Assembly: GCA_050173015.1 (NCBI GenBank)
Contig: JBFXLE010000003.1
Location: 205,992 to 269,991 of the forward strand
Direction of reading: 5' to 3'
Source of the DNA: Calditrichaceae bacterium
GTDB lineage: Bacteria > Calditrichota > Calditrichia > Calditrichales > JBFXGD01
DNA: 64,000 bases
Program-made: the position numbers and the translations under genes
The notes under the pieces: generated by a model
Database searches by the model: none
The model's input: only the letters and a program-made list of their open reading frames with translations
What the model was told of the DNA's origin: nothing
Shown: positions 1 to 9,900 of the stretch, one piece after another
Numbering within the stretch: position 1 is the first letter of the stretch
Layout: the number at the start of each line of letters is the position of its first letter

Positions 1-477
1 AAGATAGTATTCCTCATACAAATATTTAACTGTTATACCCGCGAGCCAGTCCCCAAAAAACGTCGACGCATAGCTGACAGAGGCGCTGATATTGACAGCA
101 TCCACATTGCCGTCCGGTTCAGTGTCCGGGACATTACCCCTGATTTCAACTCCGGGAATCGTCATAAGATTTACCGAAACACCAAAATTATGCCTGCCTT
201 TTTTGAAATTAATGGCGGCAAACTGCTGAGTAATATCAAGAAGCCATTGATTATGCATCACGATCATTGAAGAGCCTTCAGCAGCCGCTAAACCGGCCGG
301 ATTCCAAAAAGACGCTCCCGCATCGGAAGCCAAAGCAGTAAATGCCCCGCCCATTCCCGCGGCCCGGGCGTCAACATCCAGTTTAAGAAACGCCATCCCG
401 TTGCCGCCCGCCTCCCCGGCTTTTAATCCGGCTGAAAGACCCGCGATCAGAATTAAAATTATTAATCGTTTTTTCAT
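1..477 (-). CDS. PorV/PorQ-family outer-membrane beta-barrel (T9SS shuttle-like); 3' end runs off the window
   Basis: Not in the ORF track. Manual translation from ATG at 477 gives MKKRLIILILIAGLSAGLKAGEAGGNGMAFLKLDVDARAAGMGGAFTALASDAGASFWNPAGLA..., i.e. a signal peptide plus the FL..dARa.gMG.a..A......s.fwNPAgL motif of PorV/FadL-like barrels. Confidence 0.8.
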   Translation of the reverse strand, partial: MKKRLIILILIAGLSAGLKAGEAGGNGMAFLKLDVDARAAGMGGAFTALASDAGASFWNPAGLAAAEGSSMIVMHNQWLLDITQQFAAINFKKGRHNFGVSVNLMTIPGVEIRGNVPDTEPDGNVDAVNISASVSYASTFFGDWLAGITVKYLYEEYYL

Positions 478-496
478 ATTATTTTCCAAAAATTTA

Positions 497-1438
497 TTAT
501 CTGATATAAACCTGCCATGAAAAAATATGGCTGCTGCCCTCATCAACAACACTCGGTACAAACGCATAATCAAGATGTGACAAGAACCGGCTTAGTTTGA
601 AATCCATACCCAGTCCCACTTCCGGTTGATCACCGTTCAAACCGAGTCTCAGGGCCAGATTTTCTCCCTGAAGGGCTTCAAATCCTATATGATGATCATA
701 AGAGCCCTTGTCACTCCATTCAAAATCGTACAGCGCGCGAAGCCATGGATATGGCGTGATATAACCAATACCGACACGATACGTCACCGGGAAATAATCA
801 ATGGTGGTCCCGCCACGCTCAAAAATATTTTCCGTATTGGCCTCCAGTTTTGAACCCACATCTTTCACAACCGCCGCCATTGTAAATTTTTCATTATACC
901 GGTACACCGCTCCGAAATCACCGCCCACCCCTTTTGAAGAATAATCAAATGAATCGGTACCGTCATTAATATATTCAAGTAATAATTTTAATGACACGCC
1001 TATCGATAATTTAGATCCGAATTTTCTGCCAAAGGTGAAGTAAACGGCGTTTGCCGAGTGATTTATTTCCCCGGTATTCTGACCGATACTGTTATATGAT
1101 GATAGATTATCCACTCCGCTCTCGATCCAACCAATAGAAAACCCGGCGCCTGGCGGCACTTTCATACTAAATCCCACATATTGGTAACGTCGGTCCTGTG
1201 ATAAAAAACTGTAAGAGAGTGAAACCACCTTATCTTCAATCATCCCGACCAGCGCGGGATTATAAAAGAACGAAAATCCATTCGGCTTATCCGCCACGCC
1301 GGCATCCCCCAGGGAAATTGATCGCGCGCCAAGTCCCATTCTCAGAAATGATCCCGCATATCCGCCATTTTCGTCCGCCATTCCCGACGAGAATGTAAGA
1401 AGAATAAATATGATCAGAACCGCAATTTTTTTTATCAT
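497..1438 (-). CDS. PorV/PorQ-family outer-membrane beta-barrel
   Basis: Signal peptide; FLRMGLGARSISLG...FFYNPALV motif; amphipathic strands ending in HIFSWQVYIR. Confidence 0.8.
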   Translation of the reverse strand: MIKKIAVLIIFILLTFSSGMADENGGYAGSFLRMGLGARSISLGDAGVADKPNGFSFFYNPALVGMIEDKVVSLSYSFLSQDRRYQYVGFSMKVPPGAGFSIGWIESGVDNLSSYNSIGQNTGEINHSANAVYFTFGRKFGSKLSIGVSLKLLLEYINDGTDSFDYSSKGVGGDFGAVYRYNEKFTMAAVVKDVGSKLEANTENIFERGGTTIDYFPVTYRVGIGYITPYPWLRALYDFEWSDKGSYDHHIGFEALQGENLALRLGLNGDQPEVGLGMDFKLSRFLSHLDYAFVPSVVDEGSSHIFSWQVYIR

Positions 1439-1451
1439 TAAGATTTCCGCC

Positions 1452-2912
1452 TTAATTTATCACAACCAATTTACCCCAGGTCACCTTGCCGCCGATTTTT
1501 GCGCGAAAGAAATACACACCGCTGGCAACGATTTCTCCATCACTGTCCCGCCCATCCCATTTTGTGCTACGGTCTGAATCATTTGTTGAAATATAGGCGT
1601 GATTATCCCTGATTGTAGTGACCTCTTCCATCGCGAAATTATATACTTTTATTTCCACATCGACAGATTTTGTGATATCATACTGAAAACGGATATAACC
1701 GTTTCTCGCTGGAGAAAATGGAGATGGATAGGCATAGACTTCCGGTTCTTTCCGTAGTTTTGTCGATACAAAAGACCGAATGACATTCCATGTATTGCCA
1801 TTGTCGGCAGTTACCGCTATTCCATCCGCGCTGCCCAGCCAAAGCCTCGTTACAGCACCTGTTTTCTGAACTGCTACCGAATAATATTCATCCGAGAGTA
1901 TTTCCTCGCCCGTGTTGGTATCTCTGACCGGTGGGACTACATACCATGAATACCCGTCATCTTCGGAGATAAACAACCCTTCATCCGCCGCCACGTAAAT
2001 ACGCGCTCCGTCAAACGCGAAATTGTGAGCAAATATCCCCGGAAGCATAACATCCCAGGACAAACCGCCGTTTGACGTTTTGCTGACCGCTCTGAGTTCG
2101 TTTGTGGAATTTGACTCAATTGTCGCCGCCCAGATCGTGTTATTAAATTCCTGGTGCGCCAAGGCGACCACAAAATTTCCTGAGATGGGATTTTCCTGAT
2201 TTTCATGCGTAAAGACCTGCCATGTCTCCCCTCCATCCGCGCTTTTACCGATACCGCCGGCAGTGCCGACCCATAAATTCCCGTTTTCAGAAATCACAGA
2301 AAACGCCAGATGAATAACATTATCATTTGCCGCCCGGAACGGCTGACCGTCAATGGTTCTGACCGTCCAGGTATTCCCCATATCTGTTGATTTTCTCAAC
2401 CCGCCGGCCCAACTCGTAATCCAGACCACGGAGTCCTGAGCGGCAATGTCATAAGTAACGTTAAAAATGGGAGTCGTCGTAGGACTGTATTCCGTAAGAT
2501 CTACAGGATCAACCGGTTGAGGCATACTCGTCCAGGTCTTTCCGCCATCCGTCGTATAGCTCAGACCGCCTCCCGCGGGCAGGTCTTCACCCTGAGCAGC
2601 CGTATCAAACGCGGTCGAAATCCAAAAAGTGGAATCATTGGTGATGGCCATTGCCGCGACACCGCCCTTGGCAATATATTGCTTACTTGAATAGGTCTGC
2701 CAATAATTTCCGAAATCAGCGCTTATATTCAGGCCATAACCCGTCGCGGCGCTGATTGTTGAATCACGCGCAACAAAATCAACGATTCCGTTTCCATAAA
2801 GATAGCCGTTAAAAACATTATCCGGATCATCCGAAATCTGATAGGTCTTTTTATAAATACCCTGCGCCAACAGGAAACCCGTGAGGAGAAAAAGCATGAT
2901 AACCGATTTCAT
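1452..2912 (-). CDS. Asp-box beta-propeller protein with a T9SS/FlgD-Ig-like C-terminal domain (PorZ-like architecture)
   Basis: Repeated S/TxDxGxTW Asp-boxes (TTDGGKTW, STDMGNTW, SADGGETW, SEDDGYSW, TADNGNTW); C-terminal VYAYPSPF...WDGRDSDGEIVASGVYF...GKLVVIN. Confidence 0.75.
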   Translation of the reverse strand: MKSVIMLFLLTGFLLAQGIYKKTYQISDDPDNVFNGYLYGNGIVDFVARDSTISAATGYGLNISADFGNYWQTYSSKQYIAKGGVAAMAITNDSTFWISTAFDTAAQGEDLPAGGGLSYTTDGGKTWTSMPQPVDPVDLTEYSPTTTPIFNVTYDIAAQDSVVWITSWAGGLRKSTDMGNTWTVRTIDGQPFRAANDNVIHLAFSVISENGNLWVGTAGGIGKSADGGETWQVFTHENQENPISGNFVVALAHQEFNNTIWAATIESNSTNELRAVSKTSNGGLSWDVMLPGIFAHNFAFDGARIYVAADEGLFISEDDGYSWYVVPPVRDTNTGEEILSDEYYSVAVQKTGAVTRLWLGSADGIAVTADNGNTWNVIRSFVSTKLRKEPEVYAYPSPFSPARNGYIRFQYDITKSVDVEIKVYNFAMEEVTTIRDNHAYISTNDSDRSTKWDGRDSDGEIVASGVYFFRAKIGGKVTWGKLVVIN

Positions 2913-2957
2913 CTCTTCCTTTCGCTCAAAATTTATTCCAGAGAGTTAATGATCAAA

Positions 2958-4124
2958 TTAATAAACCAACAGAGAATCAACTATTTCCGGGCTGAGCTGT
3001 CCCACTTTGTCCCTGGAATTAAAATGCAATTTATATAAACCTTTTTGATTACTGCTCTCCAGCTGGATGATCAGCGAAAACAGGCCGTCTCCCGCCTGAT
3101 CATCTCCGTAAAAGCTGCTGCCGTCATCATTTAGTTCAAATTTAGCGCCGCCGCCGCTGAATGTGCCGTCCGGTTTTTCCATCCTGAAGTAAACAGAATC
3201 GATATCGCTAAGTCCCTGCGGATCCCCTGCCAGGGCATGAATCTGTATTTTTTCCTTTCCGCTGGGTCCTGTGGGAAGCTTCACCGAATCCGGCAGTTCG
3301 GTTTCATAAATAATCCCGTTCATATTTTCCAGAAAGATGAGTCTGCTGACAGAAGCGCTTTTCTCGTTAAATTCATCATTTGCTATAAATTCCAGATTGT
3401 AAAAACCCTTTTTCGATGCGGAAAAAGATGAATCCATTTTGAATGAAAATATGGAATCTGCCGCTGTCACATCACCATGTGCAGCGAAATTTCCGTCATT
3501 ATACATGTTGAGCGTGCTGATTATAAAAGTGTTCTCCGCGTCTTTGATATTAAAATAGACGCTTCCGGCCGACGGCGCGCCGGTGCTGTCCACAGCGGTG
3601 ACATAAAGATATTCTGCGGTAATACCGCTTTTTAACGTATCCGGTAGCACCGTATTTGTGACGCGGATATTCCCGCTGAAATCAAAAATCACTTCTCTGG
3701 ACAACGGAATGGAAGTGTTCCCGTTTTTATCTTTTGCGCTAAAGACGAATTTGTATAGCCCCGCTCCGGTTGTTAGTTGAGACGGTGTGAATCGATTACT
3801 GAATATCCCGTCCTTTGCCAGCACATCTCCGGATTGCTGATGATAGTAAGATCCGTCATCATAAAGCGAATCCCTAAAAACCGCAATCCCTGAAATATTT
3901 TGCAGTTCAAAGGTTACACTTTCAAGCTCATCGAGTCCCTGCGGATCATAAACCTGAACCTCAACAAGATTCTGATTTTGTGATGATAAATTCCAGCTTT
4001 CATTCATCCAGGTGGCAAGAATTTCCGGATCACTCCCGGCTTGAATCCCATTTTCATCATCCGAACACGAAAACAGCAGAAACATTCCCGGCAAAATAAT
4101 AAATATTAATATTTTCCTGATCAT
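2958..4124 (-). CDS. Lipoprotein with three Asp-rich Ig-like repeats (choice-of-anchor X-like motif)
   Basis: Lipobox LFSC after the likely start MIRKILIF (the ORF track extends to 4154); three copies of L/MxD/NDG...D..AxD.xFS. Confidence 0.65.
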   Translation of the reverse strand: MIRKILIFIILPGMFLLFSCSDDENGIQAGSDPEILATWMNESWNLSSQNQNLVEVQVYDPQGLDELESVTFELQNISGIAVFRDSLYDDGSYYHQQSGDVLAKDGIFSNRFTPSQLTTGAGLYKFVFSAKDKNGNTSIPLSREVIFDFSGNIRVTNTVLPDTLKSGITAEYLYVTAVDSTGAPSAGSVYFNIKDAENTFIISTLNMYNDGNFAAHGDVTAADSIFSFKMDSSFSASKKGFYNLEFIANDEFNEKSASVSRLIFLENMNGIIYETELPDSVKLPTGPSGKEKIQIHALAGDPQGLSDIDSVYFRMEKPDGTFSGGGAKFELNDDGSSFYGDDQAGDGLFSLIIQLESSNQKGLYKLHFNSRDKVGQLSPEIVDSLLVY

Positions 4125-4202
4125 TGAATCACCTGTCTGTTTTATTTTCGGCATTTAATTTTTCGATCACCCGTCGTAACATACATAATTTTGTCTCAAC
4201 AA

Positions 4203-5135
4203 CTAAAGTGAATCATCGACCATTGCCTTTAGCAATCCATAGCGGATACCCCGGTCGCTGACATTAACCGTATCTATTTTCCTGAGCTCAAGCATGGTCA
4301 AATAAATGAGTAACCCATAGAGAATGACGTCTTCGCGGCCTGATTCAAGACCCGGCAAATTTTTACGTTCTTCGATGGTCATCCCGTTAAGCGTATAGAA
4401 CATCTTCCATATTCCGTCTCTGCTGAGTCTGTACCCGTTAATTTTTAACGGATCGTACTCAGTCATTTTCTCCCGGATGGCGGCAATCGATGACATTGTG
4501 CCGCCGGTGGCCACAAAGTTTATATCACCCTCTATATCCCCGAGAAAATTCAGCTCTTCCATTTTTAACTTTATATACGCGATTGCCTTTAGTCGGTCTC
4601 CACTGCATAGCGTATCTTTCATGCCCATAATTTCTCTCAGCGTGACAACACCAATAGACAAAGATTGATAATTATGAATTCGGTCTTTTTCTCCCAGGGT
4701 CACTTCTGTACTTCCGCCGCCCACATCCATGACCAGAATTTTATCATTCACATGCGTCAGCCCGTCCAGCACTCCAAGATACCCGTATTTTGCTTCATCT
4801 TCGCTGCTGATAATCTCGGTTCTAATCCCTAATTCCTTTTCGACCCTTTGCTTGAAATCTTCGCTGTTTGATGCTATTCGCAGAGCCGCGGTAGCGATTA
4901 GTTTCACCCGCTCCGGTTTGAATCGCTTTATGATCCTCAGATACTCGTCCAACACTTTGATCGTGCGATTTATCGCGTTGTCCGCTAAGCGGCCGGTTAA
5001 CTGTAATCCTTCCCCGATTCGTGTTACTCTGAATTCATGATGCAGAGCTTCAACCCGCTTATCAGCAGCGATCTTCCCGATTAACAGTAAGACTGAATTT
5101 GTTCCCAGATCTATGACCGCGTATGTCGGACTCAT
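4203..5135 (-). CDS. ppx: Ppx/GppA exopolyphosphatase (short form)
   Basis: AVIDLGTNS, ATAALR, SEDEA, DVGGGSTE and GIRYG motifs. Confidence 0.9.
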   Translation of the reverse strand: MSPTYAVIDLGTNSVLLLIGKIAADKRVEALHHEFRVTRIGEGLQLTGRLADNAINRTIKVLDEYLRIIKRFKPERVKLIATAALRIASNSEDFKQRVEKELGIRTEIISSEDEAKYGYLGVLDGLTHVNDKILVMDVGGGSTEVTLGEKDRIHNYQSLSIGVVTLREIMGMKDTLCSGDRLKAIAYIKLKMEELNFLGDIEGDINFVATGGTMSSIAAIREKMTEYDPLKINGYRLSRDGIWKMFYTLNGMTIEERKNLPGLESGREDVILYGLLIYLTMLELRKIDTVNVSDRGIRYGLLKAMVDDSL

Positions 5136-5136
5136 A

Positions 5137-5994
5137 TCATTTTCTGCCTAAAACAAGCGCCATCCACTCTTTACGCTGTTCCTTTTGAATCAAAATCCAC
5201 CCTTCCTTCCCGTAGGCTTCCATAATAACATCTTCATCGAGAACAAGTAATCCTGATAAAATTAATTTGCCTCCGGGATTCAGAAATCCGGAAAAACTTG
5301 AAGCAAGCTCGAGCAGCACGTTCCGGTTAATATTTGCCACAATAATGTCAAACCGGTTTTTTCCCACATCTTTCAGCTCGCCGGTAAAGCAGGTAATTTT
5401 TTTTGAAACTCCATTCAGCCCCGCGTTTTCCAGAGTATTTTCGGTCGCCACATGGTCATTATCGAAGGCTATCACCGGATTCGCGCCCAGCATTGCGCCG
5501 TAAATGGCAAGAATCCCGCTGCCTGTTCCCGCGTCCAGCAGACTCTGATCCGCCCGGAGATATTTCTCGAGCATCATCAAAATAAGCTGAGTGGTCTCAT
5601 GATGACCCGTTCCGAAGGCCATTTTGGGTGCGATGGTAATGACTGTCTCGCCGGGATTAGGTGAATAAGTATCCCAATCCGGTTTGATTATAATATTTTG
5701 GCCAAGATGAAATATTTTGAAGCTCTCCTTCCAGGCCTCATTCCAGTCTTCATCGGGCAAGTCGGATATTTCAATCTTCGGCTCACTTTGTTCCGGGAGA
5801 TTTTCCGCTAAATATTGCTTAAGCAGATGAAATTTCTCCTGATTCCATTCCCCTGAGTTAAAATAAACAAAAAAATCATTTTCACGTTCAAAAACCCCCT
5901 CCGAACCCAGCGCGAACAGATAGGGAGAAAGCCATTCCAGATTTTTTGGATCCATGATAATTTTTATTTCAAGCCAGTCTTGTTTGTTTTTCAT
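5137..5994 (-). CDS. prmA: Ribosomal protein L11 methyltransferase
   Basis: DWNEAWK, PKMAFGTGHHETT, LDAGTGSGILA, ANI and LILSGL motifs. Confidence 0.93.
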   Translation of the reverse strand: MKNKQDWLEIKIIMDPKNLEWLSPYLFALGSEGVFERENDFFVYFNSGEWNQEKFHLLKQYLAENLPEQSEPKIEISDLPDEDWNEAWKESFKIFHLGQNIIIKPDWDTYSPNPGETVITIAPKMAFGTGHHETTQLILMMLEKYLRADQSLLDAGTGSGILAIYGAMLGANPVIAFDNDHVATENTLENAGLNGVSKKITCFTGELKDVGKNRFDIIVANINRNVLLELASSFSGFLNPGGKLILSGLLVLDEDVIMEAYGKEGWILIQKEQRKEWMALVLGRK

Positions 5995-6040
5995 TTGCGA
6001 ATCAAACCCTGTATATGATTTTTATATGAATCTAACTAAA

Positions 6041-6946
6041 CTATTTTTCGTTGTATATGACCTCGAGCATAACCTGACCGACCGTTTGAAGACTTTCTGA
6101 ACTGCATTTATCAGGCGTATCCTCCCGGGTATGCCAGTAACCGTGATTTTTATCCGGATACTCAAAGTCGATCACATCAATGCAGGGAATTCCACCTTCA
6201 ATCAGAATAACATGATCATCATTGATATATTGTCCGACGCGTCGTTCAAACTGATAGGCGCCGATGCTTTCGGCGGCTGACCATACTTTGTCCACGATAT
6301 GTGGCGCGGACTGTTGTGAAAATCCCTCTATGGGCAGACTTAGATTCGCGTCACCTATCATATCAAGCAGGATTCCGTAACGCGGTCTGTAATTGCCCTT
6401 GTTTTTGACAAAATGACGCGATCCCAGAAAGTATTCTTCAAGGTGGCCCTCGGGTCCATAGTCCTCGCCGTCAAATAAAATCAAATCAACACCCACTTCC
6501 GGCGGATTGCTCTTTAGGTGATTAGCGATTTCCAACAACACCGCCACTCCGCTCGCGCCGTCATTGGCACCCGGTATCGGGCGATCCTTATCGCCTTTCC
6601 GATCCATATCGGCAAACGGCCGCGTATCCCAGTGAGCCGCGAGAAAAATTCTTTTACCGGCTTTACTATTATACGACGCGATAATATTTGTTAGCGGAAC
6701 AGTTTTTTTGTTTATACTGTCATAATGAATAAATGGCTGTAAAATTACGCTGTCAGCCGTTTTTTCAAGCTCCATTTTCAGATAATTCAGACACTCTTCA
6801 TGCCCTTTGCTTCCCGGATTCCGCGGTCCGAAATCAACCTGCTTAACCAGATAGTCAAACGCCCTTTGACCATCAAACTGAGGCAGCGCCTGTGAACAAA
6901 ATGTAAGATTGCCCAACAGGAACAGAAAAAAAATACGCCTGGACAT
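6041..6946 (-). CDS. M28-family zinc enzyme, glutaminyl-peptide cyclotransferase-like; probable lipoprotein
   Basis: AHWDTRP, GANDGASG, FDGEDYG, LLDMIG, DDH and YWHT..DT motifs; N-terminal hydrophobic stretch ending LTFC. Confidence 0.75.
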   Translation of the reverse strand: MSRRIFFLFLLGNLTFCSQALPQFDGQRAFDYLVKQVDFGPRNPGSKGHEECLNYLKMELEKTADSVILQPFIHYDSINKKTVPLTNIIASYNSKAGKRIFLAAHWDTRPFADMDRKGDKDRPIPGANDGASGVAVLLEIANHLKSNPPEVGVDLILFDGEDYGPEGHLEEYFLGSRHFVKNKGNYRPRYGILLDMIGDANLSLPIEGFSQQSAPHIVDKVWSAAESIGAYQFERRVGQYINDDHVILIEGGIPCIDVIDFEYPDKNHGYWHTREDTPDKCSSESLQTVGQVMLEVIYNEK

Positions 6947-6974
6947 GTCATCACTCCTTAAACTACAGAATCAT

Positions 6975-9900
6975 CTAATCCCTGATCGCTATATTTACAT
7001 TCATTCCAAATTCACTATGTGTATAGGTACCTGAAATTTTGTTTTCAGTAGCTCCGGTTTCGAAGAATAAACTGCCCTGTACTTTGGTATTAAAGCGGTA
7101 GCTTGCCGAAGGTCTCAGCTTCCAGGACTTATTATTTTGTTTCTCTTCAAAATTATCCTGATCGAATTGTTTTTGGAATGTTGTATTTTGTGAACGATCA
7201 AAAGTCAGACTAAAATTCACTTCATTTTTAAAAGATTTCGATTTGAACGGCCAGATCGGTATCCTGAAGCCGGCTGTTTTCGCGTAACTCATTGTGATTG
7301 TAAGCGAGCTTGTTTCCGTTTTTGTCGCGCCGGCGCCGGAATTATAAGAGTAACTTGTACTTTCGGTACGTCTGATATTTCCGGAGACTCCCCATACCGT
7401 GCGGATGTTAAATCCGACTAATGGCTGCCAGTTACTGCTGAACGATTGAGACGTAGGCACAAAACTGCCGTCCAGCTTAAGAGATTTGTTTTCTGTGTAT
7501 TTCCCGGAATGTCCGTGATCAACAGTCACGGATTGAGCAAATGTCGGGAAAAACAGATATTTCTCCACGCCTGACACCTGCACATTCCAATCCGGTACAA
7601 ACCGGCGTAAATCGGCATTTAATCCTTTAAAATCTGTAAGTGGATCATCACCCAGCGCCAGGAATGAAATGGACCGGTTTCCCGACCGGTTATTTCCGTA
7701 ATCTGAACTTGATTCCGATTCTGAAAAATCATGATTGAAGGTGGCCTTTATATTCTTAGCAAAATTATAACTTGTGGATGTTCTGATAGAGCGGGTCTGA
7801 CTAATGCTGGGGCCTATTAAATTAATTCCGTCATCAATCAAGCTTGAATCCTGGCCGACTCCGGTGCTGGTCGTAAATCCGAACTGATACTGCCAGTCAG
7901 GTATATCATTCAGATAAGGATTTGAGATATTATCATCTATGGAGTAGTTCATCTGGATGCTCTGCCACGAATCAAAAAACTTGTACAGAAGAATCAATGG
8001 ATTCGGGAAACTTTTTTTGTCATCTTCATCTTTTTTATCTTTTTCGGGATCAGTCTGGGATTGCGGGGTGGGCCGGCCTCTGCCCGCGGTTGTCCTTTTC
8101 TTTGCCTTGGGAGTGTAAATGCTATTCACCAGCGTGCTTGGATTCAGGGTCAGTCCAATACGCTTTCCTACTCTGCTGGTACTTTGCTTGTATTGATAAT
8201 TATTCGTCAGAGAATAACTAAAATTCGAATTGTACGAAAAATCAGTTTTCAGCCATTTGATGAGGTTCGGTCTGTAGTCCGCGCCAAAACTTTGATTAAT
8301 ATCGGTATCAAGCCCGAAATTAAATTTTGTGAAAATCTCTTTAAACATATCTTCGTGTTTCAATCCGACATAATCAGCATCCGCCCGATGTGATCTAGAA
8401 TAGGTAAAATTCAGGCTGTTAAACATCCGATATCCCGAATTAACCGATCTGGTTGAAGAGGTATTTATGGTCCTCTTGTTTTCTGCGGAGGATCTGCGGA
8501 GAAGGTCTGTTTCCACATCCGAAATATCCAGCGACAAATTAATATCATTTGGCGAATAATAGAGTTTTTCATCACTCAGTTTACCAAGAAGCGGAATTCT
8601 TTGTGTAAACTTAAATGGAGACACAAAGTTATTCTTTCCAAACGGGATTTTATATCTAATTGACTCTTTATACTGCTCCGAGTCATTAAATTTTGTTTCC
8701 CAGTCACTGCTGTGTTTTTTTGAATAATCAAAATCAAGCACGAGTTCATCAACTGTATAGCGATAATACCAGGATTTCGATTTTGATCTTTTACGGATAG
8801 TCGTGCCGACGCCAAGAACCTCGCTGTATGAGACCTGATCATCCAATTCCGGAGGCAGATCGCGAACACCGAACAAAGATTTCAATTTTTTGTCAAAGGA
8901 GTCATTCTTATACCCGGTAAGAATATCCGTTCTCGGGAAGTACTTAGGCACATTTCTGCTGTAAGAGGCGCGCGCGTCGATCGGTATGGAGATGTCCCAT
9001 GCGTCCGGCAGAAATTTATCCAGGGTGAACGTTCCTGAATAATTTTGTCTTTCGAGGGTATTGCCCCCTCCGAACTGAGTACCGATATCATGATAGTCCG
9101 CGTCTTTACTTTCCCATTCAGCATTAAATCTTAAAAGATCCGCTAATTTAATATCCGTCTTCAGACGCAAAGCTGTGGCGTTTTCCCTGCGTACCTCAGA
9201 GAGACGCATTTCATCGAGCCAAATCTCACCTGTAAAACCGAAGGAGTCCTTATTTTTGACACCTATTATAAAATACCTGATCGTGTTAAGGCTCGGAGCG
9301 CCCTTTACTTTATAATAACCTCCCGGAGATGAGCCAACCAGAGCATACTTATTTTCGCTGAATTTTACCTGTGAAAGTTCATCGAGATCGATATCCAGTT
9401 GATTCAGCGTGCTCCATCCCCTGTAAACATCCTGACCGTATTCATAATAGTTGTTGACATCCGATCCGAATCGCAAATAGAACCTGATATTTGAGCTGTC
9501 TCCATCATCCGGATTTAACGGTAGACTGCGATCGCCGTGAATAAACATTTTTAGCCGTTTGTAATTAACGAGCTCCATGGCGCTGTACAATGTTTTTTTT
9601 GCTTCAGCCACATAGCCGGCCGGGAAATCGGCAAATTTGAGCACAAGCGATTGCTCTTTTGAAATCGCGTCGGTGATGCGGTCACGCTCCCCTGCCACTC
9701 CCGGGGGTGATGTGTATGGTTCAGGACCACCAGGTATTTCATCAACATTCTCTTCGGTATTATATGTGGCAAGCGTAAAGACGGAATCTGACTTTACAAA
9801 AGTCGCGGAATCATTTTCGGCGATACCTGTTTCTTCCCACTCATTGCCGACAAAATCAAAAGTCGCTATAAGGATCCTTGTTCTTTCTGCCGGAATATCG

